Assembly: GCA_963693365.1 (NCBI GenBank)
Contig: CAVNZM010000006.1
Location: 6,551,264 to 6,615,263, forward strand
Reading direction: 5' to 3'
Origin: Amoebidium appalachense
Lineage: Eukaryota; Protista; Ichthyosporea
Length of the DNA stretch: 64,000 nt
A program made the translations under genes and the position numbers. Of this stretch, positions 1 through 14,473 are shown piece after piece (within the stretch, counting starts at the first letter, position 1; each line of letters begins with the position of its first letter). The notes beneath the pieces are model-generated. The model made no database searches, had not been told where the DNA came from, and worked only from the letters and a program-made list of their open reading frames with translations.

Positions 1-1221
1 ACGTCGGGTGATTCCCAATTTACGCTCATTGTCGGGCAGACTAGGTCCGTACTGAGTAGAACGGGTGCAGGTTGGGTGAAGGAGCACGTCACCCTCGGTA
101 AGGGATATGCTCGCGCGGCATGGTGTTTCTTTTTTCTGAACGTCACCTTCTGTCTCATCATCGAGTCTCTAATGACCGGCCTTACGCTTTACTACGTACC
201 CATGAGCTACCGCCCCGTGTTTGAAGAGGCCAGCACAAACATCACCGCAACCATTTATCAGTTGCCCCCGGCGGCACCCCCTGGCCCAAACACGATGTTT
301 CTATTCAAAAATTTGGTGGATTCCTCCGCAACGCTGGCCAACGCATACATTATGACGAAGAAGGACGGAATGGTTGCGTGGAGATTTCAGTTACCCGCCG
401 ACATCATATCACTGATTATAAGGGTCGCCGCGGCTGCTTATGCGTGGGTGCACCGGAACAGGCGAGCTGTGAAGACGCGGGGAAGAGAATTTCTACTACA
501 GTCCTCCGTTTCACAAATCGGGATATGCGTCGGTCGGGTAATTGTAAACGGTTTCACGTTTCTCGTTTTCTATCCAGAGCTCGCCCTGTCTCCGGGTGTG
601 TCCCCGGTAAAAGCGCTGGCTGACTTGGGGAACAGAATTGACGGTTTAATGATAGGGCTCGTTATCTCACAGGTTGTGTTTGTCGTGTTGACGGCCATTA
701 TGCTAGGCGCAGTGGCACAGAGACAAAGGGTTGTGTATCACCTGTTTGTAAAAGATCCCTTCAACGCGCAGAAAAAAATCAACTTCTGGGCGCCGTTCCC
801 CGTTCACCTTGTCGTAGGAGGTATAGCGAGCACCCCGTTTGTGGTTAAGCACTTCTGCGGCGGTTGTTTCAGTTACTACAGCCTTATAATCATCTCGGGG
901 ATCATCTTCATGTGCGCCGTATACACTACGTGGCTTGAGTACTATTTCATCCGTACGGTAAACGTTCACCGCGAATTCAGCGACAAGTGGCAAAACTTTC
1001 GCCTTCTTGTCCTTTTGGACATTGGGACGTTTGTGGGCGTGTTTCTGTTTGCCTACTTCCCCTACTCCACCATCAACCTTCTAGGTATGCAGGCCCCTGC
1101 GCGTGTTTTCTGCAATGTTGTTGCCATCGATACGGCGGTAACACAGTATTTGCATCTTCAGCATGAGAGGGTGGTACCGAATGTGTCTTCGGAATGGACC
1201 CCGGCGCCTCTCCTGGTATGA
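1..1221 (+). CDS. Multi-pass membrane protein of unknown family (5'-truncated; frame open from base 1)
   Basis: Stop-free frame from position 1 to TGA at 1219-1221 (>400 codons), free of repeats, with many hydrophobic segments (AAWCFFFLNVTFCLII, LMIGLVISQVVFVVLTAIML, YYSLIIISGIIFMCAVY, LLVLLDIGTFVGVFLFAYF). No family motif recognised. Confidence 0.75.
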   Translation, partial: TSGDSQFTLIVGQTRSVLSRTGAGWVKEHVTLGKGYARAAWCFFFLNVTFCLIIESLMTGLTLYYVPMSYRPVFEEASTNITATIYQLPPAAPPGPNTMFLFKNLVDSSATLANAYIMTKKDGMVAWRFQLPADIISLIIRVAAAAYAWVHRNRRAVKTRGREFLLQSSVSQIGICVGRVIVNGFTFLVFYPELALSPGVSPVKALADLGNRIDGLMIGLVISQVVFVVLTAIMLGAVAQRQRVVYHLFVKDPFNAQKKINFWAPFPVHLVVGGIASTPFVVKHFCGGCFSYYSLIIISGIIFMCAVYTTWLEYYFIRTVNVHREFSDKWQNFRLLVLLDIGTFVGVFLFAYFPYSTINLLGMQAPARVFCNVVAIDTAVTQYLHLQHERVVPNVSSEWTPAPLLV

Positions 1222-2745
1222 GCGTGGCGCTTCACAGGCAGACCCCCCTGTGATGCACAGAGAGCTCGAGTGCACTAGCTCTGGTGACTGCTAGATAATG
1301 AGTACCACTTTTTTTAATGACTACTAATGTTAAATATTGTAAAGTTCTTGTCATGAATTACGCAAATGCTGTTCAATGATTTAAGGGGCCGGGGGGGGGG
1401 GGGGGGGGGGGAGGGGGGGGGAGGGAGGAGGGGGGGGGGGGGGGGGGGTTTACAGAAAGACGCCCTTCAATGTAGAATGAATCTTGTATAGACTATCTGT
1501 AGCCGTACATGTATGCCAGACCGAAGCAGGCTCTGAGCGGTTTCTAATGACTTATGACAAAACTGTTAGAAAATTGACACGTGCTCAATATGAAGAACGT
1601 GTCACTGACGAGCAGTAGCCTAAGGCTATGCCATGTAATCGCTTTTTTTTTTACCGCAGTGCAATTTGTACTCTGGGGGCTAAAAGTCGCGATCGTAGTA
1701 ATTTGATAGTATAAATCTGCAATCCAGGCTGTACTGTAACAGTGGTAAAGTTTCCAGCCTTATCCCAAAACGGAACACCCTTGCTTATGCGGCTTGCTTT
1801 TCTCGGACACGGGCCCTGAATTTGGCGTTGATGGGAGAGAGCTCGGGGGGGGGGGGGGGGGGGGGGGTAGCAGTACCAGATGTAGCCTCGTACCAAATGT
1901 AGCCGAACCCCCAAATTACCTATAGTACCAGATGTAGCCAGGGTTTGGGGGGAGGGGGGGGGGGGGGGGGGGCAGCTTAGTACTCCAACACATGCACAAC
2001 CGTACACAATGTATTGCACACACCATACAATACGTACGTTGTGCACGTGATCTGGAGATCTGGAGATCTGGAGTTTCACAGTACATATATACTCTTCCCC
2101 ACGTATTACTGATCACGAGATCGCTTCACGCATTCAAACCGCCGTTTAGAACCCATTAATAATAATTCATCTGACATTTTTACCACGATAAGGAAATAAA
2201 GCCAGGAATCATTACAACACGTGTGCTTGGGGATCTAATATTAATCCTGAAATGGGAAGAGCATTCCTGCCTGACGGCCCTACAGTTTTCTTTTTTTAAA
2301 TCGTGTTTCAAGTTGTCCAATCGCTGAGTGCGAGGGGTATTCTCTCCTGACAGTGAACACAAACATGTATGCATTGTATACGCACATGCAGTCTAACACA
2401 CATCCATAAACATGCCAACCGTGACAATGTTATGCACACACATGCACGCATGGCCCCACACCGAGTGATATCGATGACTAACAGTGTACCGTTATAATAC
2501 GTACAAGTCATACACTCACTGCTGGCCGCACCGTGACATGGCATACAAATACAGCCTGTATACGTACACCATCACACAACTCACACGTGACACCTATGGC
2601 ACATGTGTACACGCAGTGGGCGCCACGGGGAGCTGGTGGGTGTGAATATACGGGCTTGAAATAGCCTTAATGACACAAACATGTGCACCAGAAAACGAAT
2701 GACTCTTAGCCTGACTATTACCACGAAGCAACTTGAGAACCCAAA

Positions 2746-3174
2746 CACATCGGCAGAATCAAGATGTGTGCTCAAAGCAGGATTATTCTGCAAAAAACAG
2801 AATTATTCTGCTGAAAGCAGCCTGAATTACTGTATCGCTAAAGGCAGAACCATTCCGCCATAACCAGAATTAATTAAAAGAAGCAGAATCGTTCTGCAAA
2901 ATAGAATCAATCTGCTAAAAGCAAAATCTAAAAGCTGAATATAGTATCAGCTAGGCTAAAGGCAGATCTGCTACTTTGCTAAACGCAGAATTGTTCTGCT
3001 GTCAAAAGCAGAATAATTCTGCTTTTTGCAGAATATATTTTCTGCTTTTGTACGATGATTCTGCTAAATAGACTGATTCTGCTAAACACGGTGCAGAATA
3101 TTTCTGCTTTTTGCAGAAAAATTCTGCTTTTAGCAGAATAATTCTCCTCCGAGCACAATGACTCTGCCGATGTG
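2746..3174. mobile_element. MITE-like module in the left arm: short TIRs enclosing an array of palindromic AGCAGAATAATTCTGCT-type units
   Basis: CACATCGGCAGAATCA at 2746 and TGACTCTGCCGATGTG ending at 3174 are reverse complements with 1 mismatch. The interior is filled with degenerate GCAGAAT..TTCTGC palindromes. Confidence 0.65.
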
Positions 3175-3688
3175 GTTAGGCCCTCTACTGTGTAACTAAC
3201 ACGTCATTGACAAGCTAAGCTCATAAAAAGCATGATGATTATGAACCCAGATCCCTTAATGCATATAACAAAACACACACAGCTTTTTTGGATGTTTAAA
3301 CGTTTCAAATAGTACACAGCCAGGCGATGGTTGGAGTTTCAAATAGTGTGTGCATGCGCCACTGGCATTCATTTATCCGCGTACCGCCATAACACACCCG
3401 TAAACACCTGTAAATTTGTAGTAAAGTTCAGGAACAGTTGCATTTCGGCCAGACTCCATGTCATGCGAAGGGACCGTCATGAGACACCGTACCTCATTCA
3501 ACAACGTGCAAGTTCGTTGTATTTGTGTATGACTCTTCTAACTGTGAGTGTTTGTGTGAACGTGTGTATATATGTGAGATGTGTGTGAATGTGTATAAGT
3601 TGGAGGTGTGAGTGGCTCAGATTGAACGTTTGTGTCACGTGTGTGTGTGGTGTGTGGGCGCGTACGTACTCGCGCGTGTGTGTGTCAT

Positions 3689-3780
<92 letters not shown>

Positions 3781-4964
3781 TGTCACGTGCGGTGTCTGTT
3801 AATTGTGTGTGTTTTTGTGCGTGCGAGCGTGTGTGCGTGTGTGAATGTGCGCGCGCATGTGTGTGTGAATGTGTGTGTGTACATGTGTGTGTGTGTGTGT
3901 GTGTATCTGCGTGCGCTTTCTATCCCTCCCTCTCCAATCTAGATCTCCCTCTCTATCTCTCTCTTTCTCGAGATCTGATCTATTATCCGATGTCTGTTTG
4001 TCACGGTGATAGCCAATGAATTTACTATGTTTTACTAAATTACTATTACATAGTTCACACCAATTGCAAGATAACTGCAAACGAGCCATGAAGCATGAAA
4101 CTGAAACGGACTCGTTCTTACATATCTTTCTAGTTCGAATCTAGTTGACACCGTTTGTCAATTGCTGAACTGGGCCTGGGCTACACCGTGGCACAAACAG
4201 TAACTCTGTCGTTGGTAACGTTTTCTCTCCAGAGCATTATTAAAAATTGCCATAAGATGTAAGGCATACTGAGATATATAGGTAGATCTATTTTCATGTT
4301 TAAAGTCGGTTTTCGGATTAGAATTGCTCAACTTTTTGGGGTCCCTCAGGGGCCCTTATAATAGGAACTACCGTCTTTCACCCAGAACCAATGTCGCCTA
4401 TACTCTAGCTACTACTAGTAGTCGGGTGCTACGGTGCCATCAGCTAAGCTACAGAACACAATTACCGACACCACTCCTAACAATTCGTACATACTTTGTC
4501 CAGGGTTTTCGCCCCAGCCTCGCCAGTGGAGAACTGCTCACTAGATTTAAGTTGAACATTTCTTAACAGACTGTATCTGCCCATTTTGGTTTACTAACGG
4601 TTCTGCCTGGAGGTCGTGTGGAGGTGTTTAGGCTATATTTAAAGCTTGAGACCGGATACTCGGTATGCATGTAACTATACAGGACTAGCTGTTCCAAAAA
4701 TCAGTTCAACAAATCGACTGCACACATATAATCTACTAGTGTTCCATATTTTTATAGACCGACACTGAAATATTGCTATTCACTTAACGAAACTGAAACT
4801 GATTGAACCAAGCGGTGATACGTGATACATTGGATTCAAACGTTCTAGCGCTCTTAACGTTAAAATGACTCGAACTCAAGTTAAAACGTTTGCAAACTTT
4901 GCCACGACTTCCAAAACACACACAAACACAAACAAAGTGCACGTGACAGTGTCACCGTACAGTA

Positions 4965-5680
<716 letters not shown>

Positions 5681-5967
5681 CTGCCAGTGAATTGATCATG
5701 ACACCAAAACGCGCGCGTGCACACATACCGTGAGACATACACATATAGTGACACAAGCAAGAGCACGCACACGCAATAACCGTTAGTAACATGTACATGT
5801 ACATTGATGATTCTGTACACCATCGCCTACACACACACACCTTGCGCGCACATCCGCATTACACACACAAACTGACACACGTGACACTCCCGCCCTCCTT
5901 CTTCTTCCTCCTCCCCCCCCCCCCCCCCCCCCCCCCCCCGCACACACACACACACACTCGATCCCGG

Positions 5968-6222
<255 letters not shown>

Positions 6223-6229
6223 TCACGGA

Positions 6230-8186
6230 CCTCTTCATTCATGGATCCAATGCACATTCCTTCCAATGCACATTCCTTAACCATACCCGAAAGAACAGCG
6301 CCCCCCCCCCCCTTCCCCTCCCTTGAAAACACTTGCTTATCTGCTAGAGCAGGAAAGAAAAAATTAGCGAAGCGGTAACCGTTACCGCTTCCATGGCAAT
6401 TCATATTGCAATCCTAGCAATTTACCACTTCAGATCACTGATCGATCATATGATCGCGAGATGCCACGGCCCTCTCAGAGGGCCGTGGAGATGCATGATC
6501 TCAGCAAGGGAATGTAATGCAGATTCCTTGTTAAAACCATAACCATAACCGATATGAAAGCGGTTTCTTCCTCCTGAAAAACTGCAAATTGCAATGTACA
6601 GCTCACGCAGGAAAGAAAGACCAGTTGGTGTTACCACTACCGCTTCAATGGCAAATAGGTATTTATATTATTAGTTATTTGTCATCGAAGCGGTAAGCGT
6701 TACCGCTTCAGAATGCTTCAGAGATAGGTGATCTAAGTAATGGAATGTAGTGCACATTCCTTAACAACCCACACACACACCCGCCCCCAACCCCCATTGT
6801 AGAAATAAAGCAGTAAAAAAACACAATATTGAAGCGGTAGCGGCTACTGCTTCACTGGCAATTCATGCTGCCACACTAACAATTTAGCATTGAAGTGTTA
6901 CCGCTTCACATCTAAGCAAGGGATGAATGTAATGCACATTCCATACCAATATCGATCGTGACTGGAAGCGAAGAAACTACTATGTACAAGACAAGCAGTA
7001 AGATGTACAACTCAAGCAGTAAAGAATGACGCTGAAGCAGTCGATGGTTCCGGCGGCAATCATTACCGCTTCAATGGCAAGTCGCATTGTCATAGGTAAT
7101 AATAGCAACTTGGTGTTGGAGCGGTAAGCGTTACCGCTTCAGATGATCTTAGTAATGGAATGTTCCTTGACATACCCAAAAACGGAAACACCTCATTATA
7201 TAGAAAAGCTTATTGAAGCGGTAACCGTTACCGCTTGAATGAAGCAGTAACCGTTAACGCTTCAATGGCAATTCCGGCATTGCCATATTATACATTAGAG
7301 CCGTGAGCGTTCAAGTAGTACCGCGTCAGATGAATGAGGCTGAGATGATGTAACAATGGAATGTAATGCACATTCCTTGATGCTAGGATGAATGTGCATT
7401 ACTATTTTACATCCATCGCCCGCTTCAACGCTAATATGGCAATGTGAATGCCATCGAAGCGGTAACGGTTACCGCTTCTAACCGTTACCGCTTCGATAAG
7501 TGATTTTTTAAAGCTTCAATTGTGTTTTTCAGGATGAATTAATCGCTATCCTTTCGGATATGGTTATTGAGGAATGTGCATTACATTCCCTTGCTTGGAT
7601 ATGAAACGGTAACGCTTACCGCTTCAATGCCAAATTGCCAGTATGGCAATACGATTTACCGTTAGAGCGGCAACGGTTGCCTGTTCAGTAAGTCTTTATT
7701 TACTTACTGTACTGCTGTAGTTGTACAATGACTTGCTTTCCCTTCCGGATCCGCTTTAACTGCCCGCATCATTTAATCTATGAATGTGCATTACATTCCA
7801 TACTTAGATCACCTATCCTGTGAAGCGGTAACGCTTACCGCTTCGATGCTAAATGGTTAGTGTGGCGAAATAAATTGTCATTGAAGCGGCAACGGTTACC
7901 GCTTGAATAAAGCGGTAACGGTTACCGTTTCGATAAGTTAATTTTACTGCTTTAGTTGTATAAAAGATACTGGCAGGCGAATGCGGGGCTCCCGTCTGCT
8001 AGATGGGGCCGGTGGCTCATGCCCCTCGCGCAGGTAATCCAAAACTGTTATGAGAAAACGAATGTTGAAGAGTGTGTGTGTTTGTGATCCACGTCCTGTG
8101 TGTGTGCATGTGCTCATGTGTGTACACGTGTGTGCGTGTGTGTGTTCCTATGTGTATCACAGTGTGCACATGTACATGTGTGTGTG

Positions 8187-8243
<57 letters not shown>

Positions 8244-8399
8244 TGTGTGTGTATGTGTCACGGTTCCTGTCGCGAGAAACTAGGAGGTACGTGTGCGGGG
8301 AAAGTCTTTGGGCGTTTAAATTTGGGACAGGAAGAGAGGGGGTGGGGTGGGGGGGGGGGGAGGGGGGGGTAGGGGGGGGGGGTGTGGGGGGGTGTGGGT

Positions 8400-8441
<42 letters not shown>

Positions 8442-9276
8442 TTAGTACACACCTGTGCACCCAGGGCGACAGTAAACAGGAGCAGAACGACCTGCCAGGT
8501 CCTCATTCCACCACCAGAACCAACCTTGCGGGAACCCATATTGTGTGGGCAAATGACTCAACAACGCCGTTATAATTACGTGGCTACGCGAAGTACTTTT
8601 GAAAAGAAGTGTGCTTGGTTTGTTTCAGTACGTTTACTGAGTGCCCCCGTTACATTTTACTGGGTGGTAACGTGCCATAGCTGCCCAAAACGCATTGCCG
8701 CGCTCGCTGCAAACAGCGCAACGATCTAGACAATTGGTACCGAGATGGGCGCAAATTGTCCAATCGCATTTAGAGACCCCCAAGGTAGTCGAACTTTGTA
8801 CCCCAAAAGTTCAAATTACAGTATTTAACCCCGGTATCCGTTCTCCGTTCCTTATCGGGGCTATAAACACCCACTTATTTGCTCTTCAAAATCCGTATCA
8901 GCGATTGGGCAAAAGCGTTTTTATCGTTTACCCTCCTCCCATTAGCCAATCAAATCGCATATATTCGCAGCTACCCCGGCCTCCCCTCACCTCCCCCCCT
9001 CCACGTCCGGATCTTTCGAACCCTACTTCTATTTGATCTCGTGGAGTAGAAAGGAGCCTACCGGCCCCAATGAGGTGGCCCCGGGTATTGGCAAGGAATG
9101 TGCATACCATCATTTTTTAAATTTAGGAATGTGCATTGCACATTCGTGAGGCGGTTTCGCCTACCGCTTCAATGCTAAATTGCTAGTATGGCAATGTGAA
9201 TTGCCATTGAAGCGGTAACGGTTACCGCTTCATAAATCGTTTCTTTACCACTTTAGCTGTACAATGGGGTGATTTT

Positions 9277-9322
<46 letters not shown>

Positions 9323-9700
9323 CTGAGACCTTTCGTAAAGGAATGTGCACTACATTCCATTAATTAATATTTGCTCAATCGCTGATACTATCTATTTGCC
9401 AATACTGCTTCAATTCAGCGGTAAAAAAAACCTCTTCCAATAGTCTTCTTTACTGCTTGAGTTATACCGTTGGTTTTTCAGTAAGATAAAACCCGCTTTC
9501 ATATCCTTTATAATGGTTAAGGAGTCTGCATTACATTCCCCTGCTTAGATGATCTGCCTAGCGGTTAATTGTTAGTGGGGGCAATAGCTAGGGGCAATAT
9601 AAATTGCCATTGAAGTAGTAACGGTTACCACTTCATTAAGTTTTTCTTTGCCAGTACTGCTATAAATAATTAAATGAAATGTTTTCGGGGGGGAGGAGGG

Positions 9701-9734
<34 letters not shown>

Positions 9735-9810
9735 CTGTCCTTTCGGGCATGGTTGAGGAATGTGCGTTCGTTCCATTAGATCATATGCATCTGTTACAAT
9801 GAATGAAGGA
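6230..9810. repeat. Central array of palindromic motifs GAAGCGGTAACGGTTACCGCTTC and GGAATGTAATGCACATTCC
   Basis: Many degenerate copies, e.g. ~6369, 6687, 7216, 7457, 7822, 7883, 9209, alternating with GGAATGTRRTGCACATTCC and TGGCAAT..ATTGCCA palindromes. Confidence 0.85.
7985..9085. mobile_element. ~1.1-kb insertion present only in the right arm of the palindrome, with degenerate TIRs
   Basis: No counterpart in the left arm. TGGGGCCGGTGGCTC (~8004) and GAGCCTACCGGCCCCA (~9053) are near reverse complements. Exact ends and any TSD were not resolved. Confidence 0.45.
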
Positions 9811-9982
9811 GCGCAAGGAGGAGAGAGAGAGCGAGAGGGAGAAGTGAGAGCGGCCTTGGGAGGGTGGGGGAGGGGGGGGGAGGGGGGGGGCACGCGCGGA
9901 CAGGGTAGGTGTGTGTCACGGCATGTATCATGGTCATACATAGGTCTGCACGCGCGCGTTTTGGTGATCAAATCACTGGCAG

Positions 9983-10021
<39 letters not shown>

Positions 10022-10130
10022 GTGCATGTGTCACGGTGTTTGCGAGTTGGCGTGGGTGCGTGGGTGCGTGTGTGCGTGTTTGTGTCTCTCTCTCTCTGTG
10101 TGTGTGTCTGTGTGCGTGCGTGTTTGTGTG

Positions 10131-10217
<87 letters not shown>

Positions 10218-10890
10218 GTGTGTGTGCATATGTGTGCGTGTGTATGTGCGTGTGCATATGTGTGTCACGTTGTTTGTGTTTGTGTGTGTTTTAGAAGTCG
10301 TAGTTGTTTGCAAATGTTTTCAATGAGTTCAACGGACCAAGAGCGCTAGAACGTTCCACGGTATATACACGATTCAACGTATCAGGTATGATCCAATCAT
10401 GCAGTGTCGTTAAGTGAACAGATAGAAATAGTTCAGTGTCAGAAACCCACACGTACATACACACACTACACACTTGAGTCTCCGGGCCAACGTATCAAAA
10501 TGAGCAGATACAGTCTCAGTCTGCCAATAAATATTCCCTAAATCTAGTTAGCAGTTATAATCGAAAACCAACTTTAGAACTAAGTGGTGTAGCTCAGCCC
10601 CAGTTCAGGAAATACATGACAAACAGCGTCTCCAACAAGTGACGAGGAATATACGTAACTTTTCTCAATTTCAAGGCTCGTTTGCAATTATCTTGATAAA
10701 CTTAAGATCCTGCACCGTGACAGACATGTGACAGACACTAAGTTTTTAAATCTACTGTAGTCAACATGGCATGGGCAGTGAAAACGGTACACAAAGCAAA
10801 GGTAGATTGTGCACAGATCTATCAATACTACGTACACACGAGAGATCACGTGTACCTGGCAAGGCGAGAAGAGAGAGAGCTGAGAAACTG

Positions 10891-11195
<305 letters not shown>

Positions 11196-11475
11196 GAGTT
11201 ATATTTGTCCTCCGAGCTTTAAATGAAACCCCGGCCGTAACAGTGTACTGCAATTGTAAGATTTAAATAATAGTGACTCATCCTGTTGCAGTCAGTGTAA
11301 CACTCTTTTCCTCCCCACTCGACCCCCTCCCCCCTCTCAAAAAAAATCAATTAGACAAAACAAATTAAAAATTTCACACACACACACAAACACTACACAC
11401 ACGCGCCCCCGGCACACATACACACACACACACACACACGCACGCATACACACACACACACACACACACACACGT

Positions 11476-11603
<128 letters not shown>

Positions 11604-11607
11604 CGTG

Positions 11608-11651
<44 letters not shown>

Positions 11652-11692
11652 CGTGGCACACACACACACACACACATGCGAACGCGCGCGCA

Positions 11693-11723
<31 letters not shown>

Positions 11724-11885
11724 CACACACACGTATATTCATTCTCACACATCTCACCTAAACACACGTTCACACACACACTCACATTTAGAAGAGTCTT
11801 ACACAAATGGAGTTCTGCGGTTCTGGGTTCATAATCATCTTACGCGTGAATTTAGTAAGGTCTTTGTTACATTAAAGGGTCTGCC

Positions 11886-12012
11886 CACATTGGCGTTCGA
11901 ACCATCTTTGCTCCGAGCAGAATTATTGAGCCAAAAGCAGAATTTTTCTGCAAAAAATATACTTTCTGCAAAAGCGTGTTGATTTTTTTTCTGCAAAAAC
12001 CCTAGAAGTTCT

Positions 12013-12048
<36 letters not shown>

Positions 12049-12414
12049 CGGAGTGGCAGAATCACCCAGAATCATCCTGAGAAAGCAGAATTATTCTGCG
12101 AAAAGAAGAAATATTCTGCAAGAAGCAGAATCACACTGCTTTTAGAATAATGATTCTGCTTCTTAGCAAAATTATTCCGTAAGAAATATTCTGCTCAATG
12201 CAGCTGAACAAACCTGCTTCAAGCAGAACACTTCTGCTTTTGCTGAATAGTTATGCTCTCTGCAGAATAGTTCTGTCTTTTCTGAATAATGGTGCTTTCA
12301 AGGTGATTGGTTCTGCCTTTAGCGAAGTAATTCAGGCTCAGCTTTTAGCGGAATAATTCTTGTTTTTCGCAGAACAATTCTGCTTTGAGCACACATATTG
12401 ACTCTGCCGATGTG
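11886..12414. mobile_element. Mirror copy of the GCAGAAT/ATTCTGC MITE-like module in the right arm
   Basis: Ends TGACTCTGCCGATGTG (12414) and starts with degenerate CACATTGGC (11886). Same internal palindromic units, at the position mirroring 2746-3174. Confidence 0.6.
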
Positions 12415-13176
12415 TTTGCCTCAAGTTGCTTCGTGGTAATAGTCAGGCTAAGAGTCATTAGTTTTCTGGTGCACATGTCTGTGTCATTGAGGCTATTTCA
12501 AGCCCGTATATTCACACACACCAGCTCCCCGTGGCGCCCACTGCGTGTGCACATGTGCCACAGGTGTTCTGTGAGTTGTGTGATGGTGTACGTATACTCT
12601 GCTTGTATGCCATGTCACGGTGCGGCCAGCAGTGAGTGTGTGACTTGTACGTATTATAACGGTACAGTATGTTCGTCATCACTCGGGGTGGGGGCATGCG
12701 TGCATGTGTGTGCATAACATTGTGTTATGGCATGTTTATGGATGTGTGTTAGACTGGGTGTGCATATGCCATGCATACATGTATGTGTTCACTGTCAGGA
12801 GAGAAGACCCTTCGCACTCAGCGATTGGACAACTTAAAAACACACTTTGAAAACGTAATACTGTAGGGCCCTCAGGCAGTAACTCGACAATGTCGCTCTT
12901 CCCATTTTAGGATTAGAACCCAAGCACACGTGGCGTAAAGATTCTTGGCTTTATTTCCTTATCGTGGTAAAAATGTCAGATGAATTATTATTCATGGGTT
13001 CTATATGGCGGTTTGAATGTGTGAAGCGATCTCGTGATCAGTAATACCCGGGGAAGAGTATATATGTACTGTGAAACTCCAGATCTCCAGATCTCCAGAT
13101 CACGAGCACAACGTACGTATTGTATGGTGTTTGCAATACATTGTGTATGGGTGTGCATGTGTTGGAGTACTAAGCA

Positions 13177-13217
<41 letters not shown>

Positions 13218-13520
13218 TTCCCCCCTAAACCCTGGCTACATCTGGTACTATAGGTAATTTGGGAGGTCGGCTACATTTGGTACGAGGCTACATCTGGTAC
13301 TGCTACAGGGGGGGGGGGGGGGGGGCATCCTTCGATAAGTACTTTTTTTTTTCAGTCGCCTGGCTGGGCAAGTACTGATTCACGTCACGTTCAACCCCAC
13401 ATATAAAGAGGGAAGAATAAATGGGAAAGAGGCGAAGAAGAAAAGGAAAGACCGGAAAGAAAGCAAGAATCAATAGAATAAACCCTTTCCAAATGGAGGC
13501 TGAGTGGCAAATGGTTCTTG

Positions 13521-13564
<44 letters not shown>

Positions 13565-13749
13565 CCTTTCTTCCGATTAGAAAAATTTGCGTGCAACTGT
13601 TCCGCTGCAAAACAGCTCCTGGGTGCTTGGACATCTCCCGATTTTTTGTGGGGTTCTAACAGGAATTATACCCAGCAACATGCCTGCACACAGCAAACTG
13701 CACGGCCCGTCTGTTACCTGGATGGCAAATTCCTCTTGGTGGAAACACC

Positions 13750-13786
<37 letters not shown>

Positions 13787-13896
13787 TTCCTCTTCTCGAT
13801 TAATGACAATCCGCATGCACCCTTCTGTCGCCAAAACTTACTATCTAATCAAACACACACGCACGCACACACACACACGCACGCACACACGCACAT

Positions 13897-13930
<34 letters not shown>

Positions 13931-13941
13931 GCACACCGTCG

Positions 13942-14005
<64 letters not shown>

Positions 14006-14151
14006 ACCAGCAGCAGCAGCAGCAGTAATGCCCAAGACGTTCTTTCATTCTTTTTGAAGGCTTTGCATGGTTTAATGTCTCACTTGTGTTCTTTCTTTCT
14101 TGTTTAATTTTTGTGTGTGTGTGTGCGCGCGCGTGTGTGTGCGTGTGTGCG

Positions 14152-14193
<42 letters not shown>

Positions 14194-14384
14194 CGTGCGT
14201 GCGTGTGCACCGGGGACGGGGGGGGAGGGGGGGGGGGGGGGAGGAGAGGGGTGAGGGGGGGGGAACTCCTCTCATCTTTCCGCTTGTGATCACCTCAGAG
14301 TTTTATCCTTTAACTTTACGTTTTCTCTTCAATAGTAGTATCAATAGGCGTGGGGTGGTTGGAGACCCGGTTCAGGAATCAAAG

Positions 14385-14473
<89 letters not shown>

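Noticed and set aside
1916-2863. Short ORFs duplicated at 12385-13253 (e.g. MISNT.GRVYMYCETPDLQ)
   Set aside because: They recur only because the arms are inverted copies; they are short, lack motifs, and their stops differ between arms.
13577-13730. Possible isolated exon on the minus strand (QVTDGPCSLLCAGM...)
   Set aside because: No recognisable motif and no partner exons were found.
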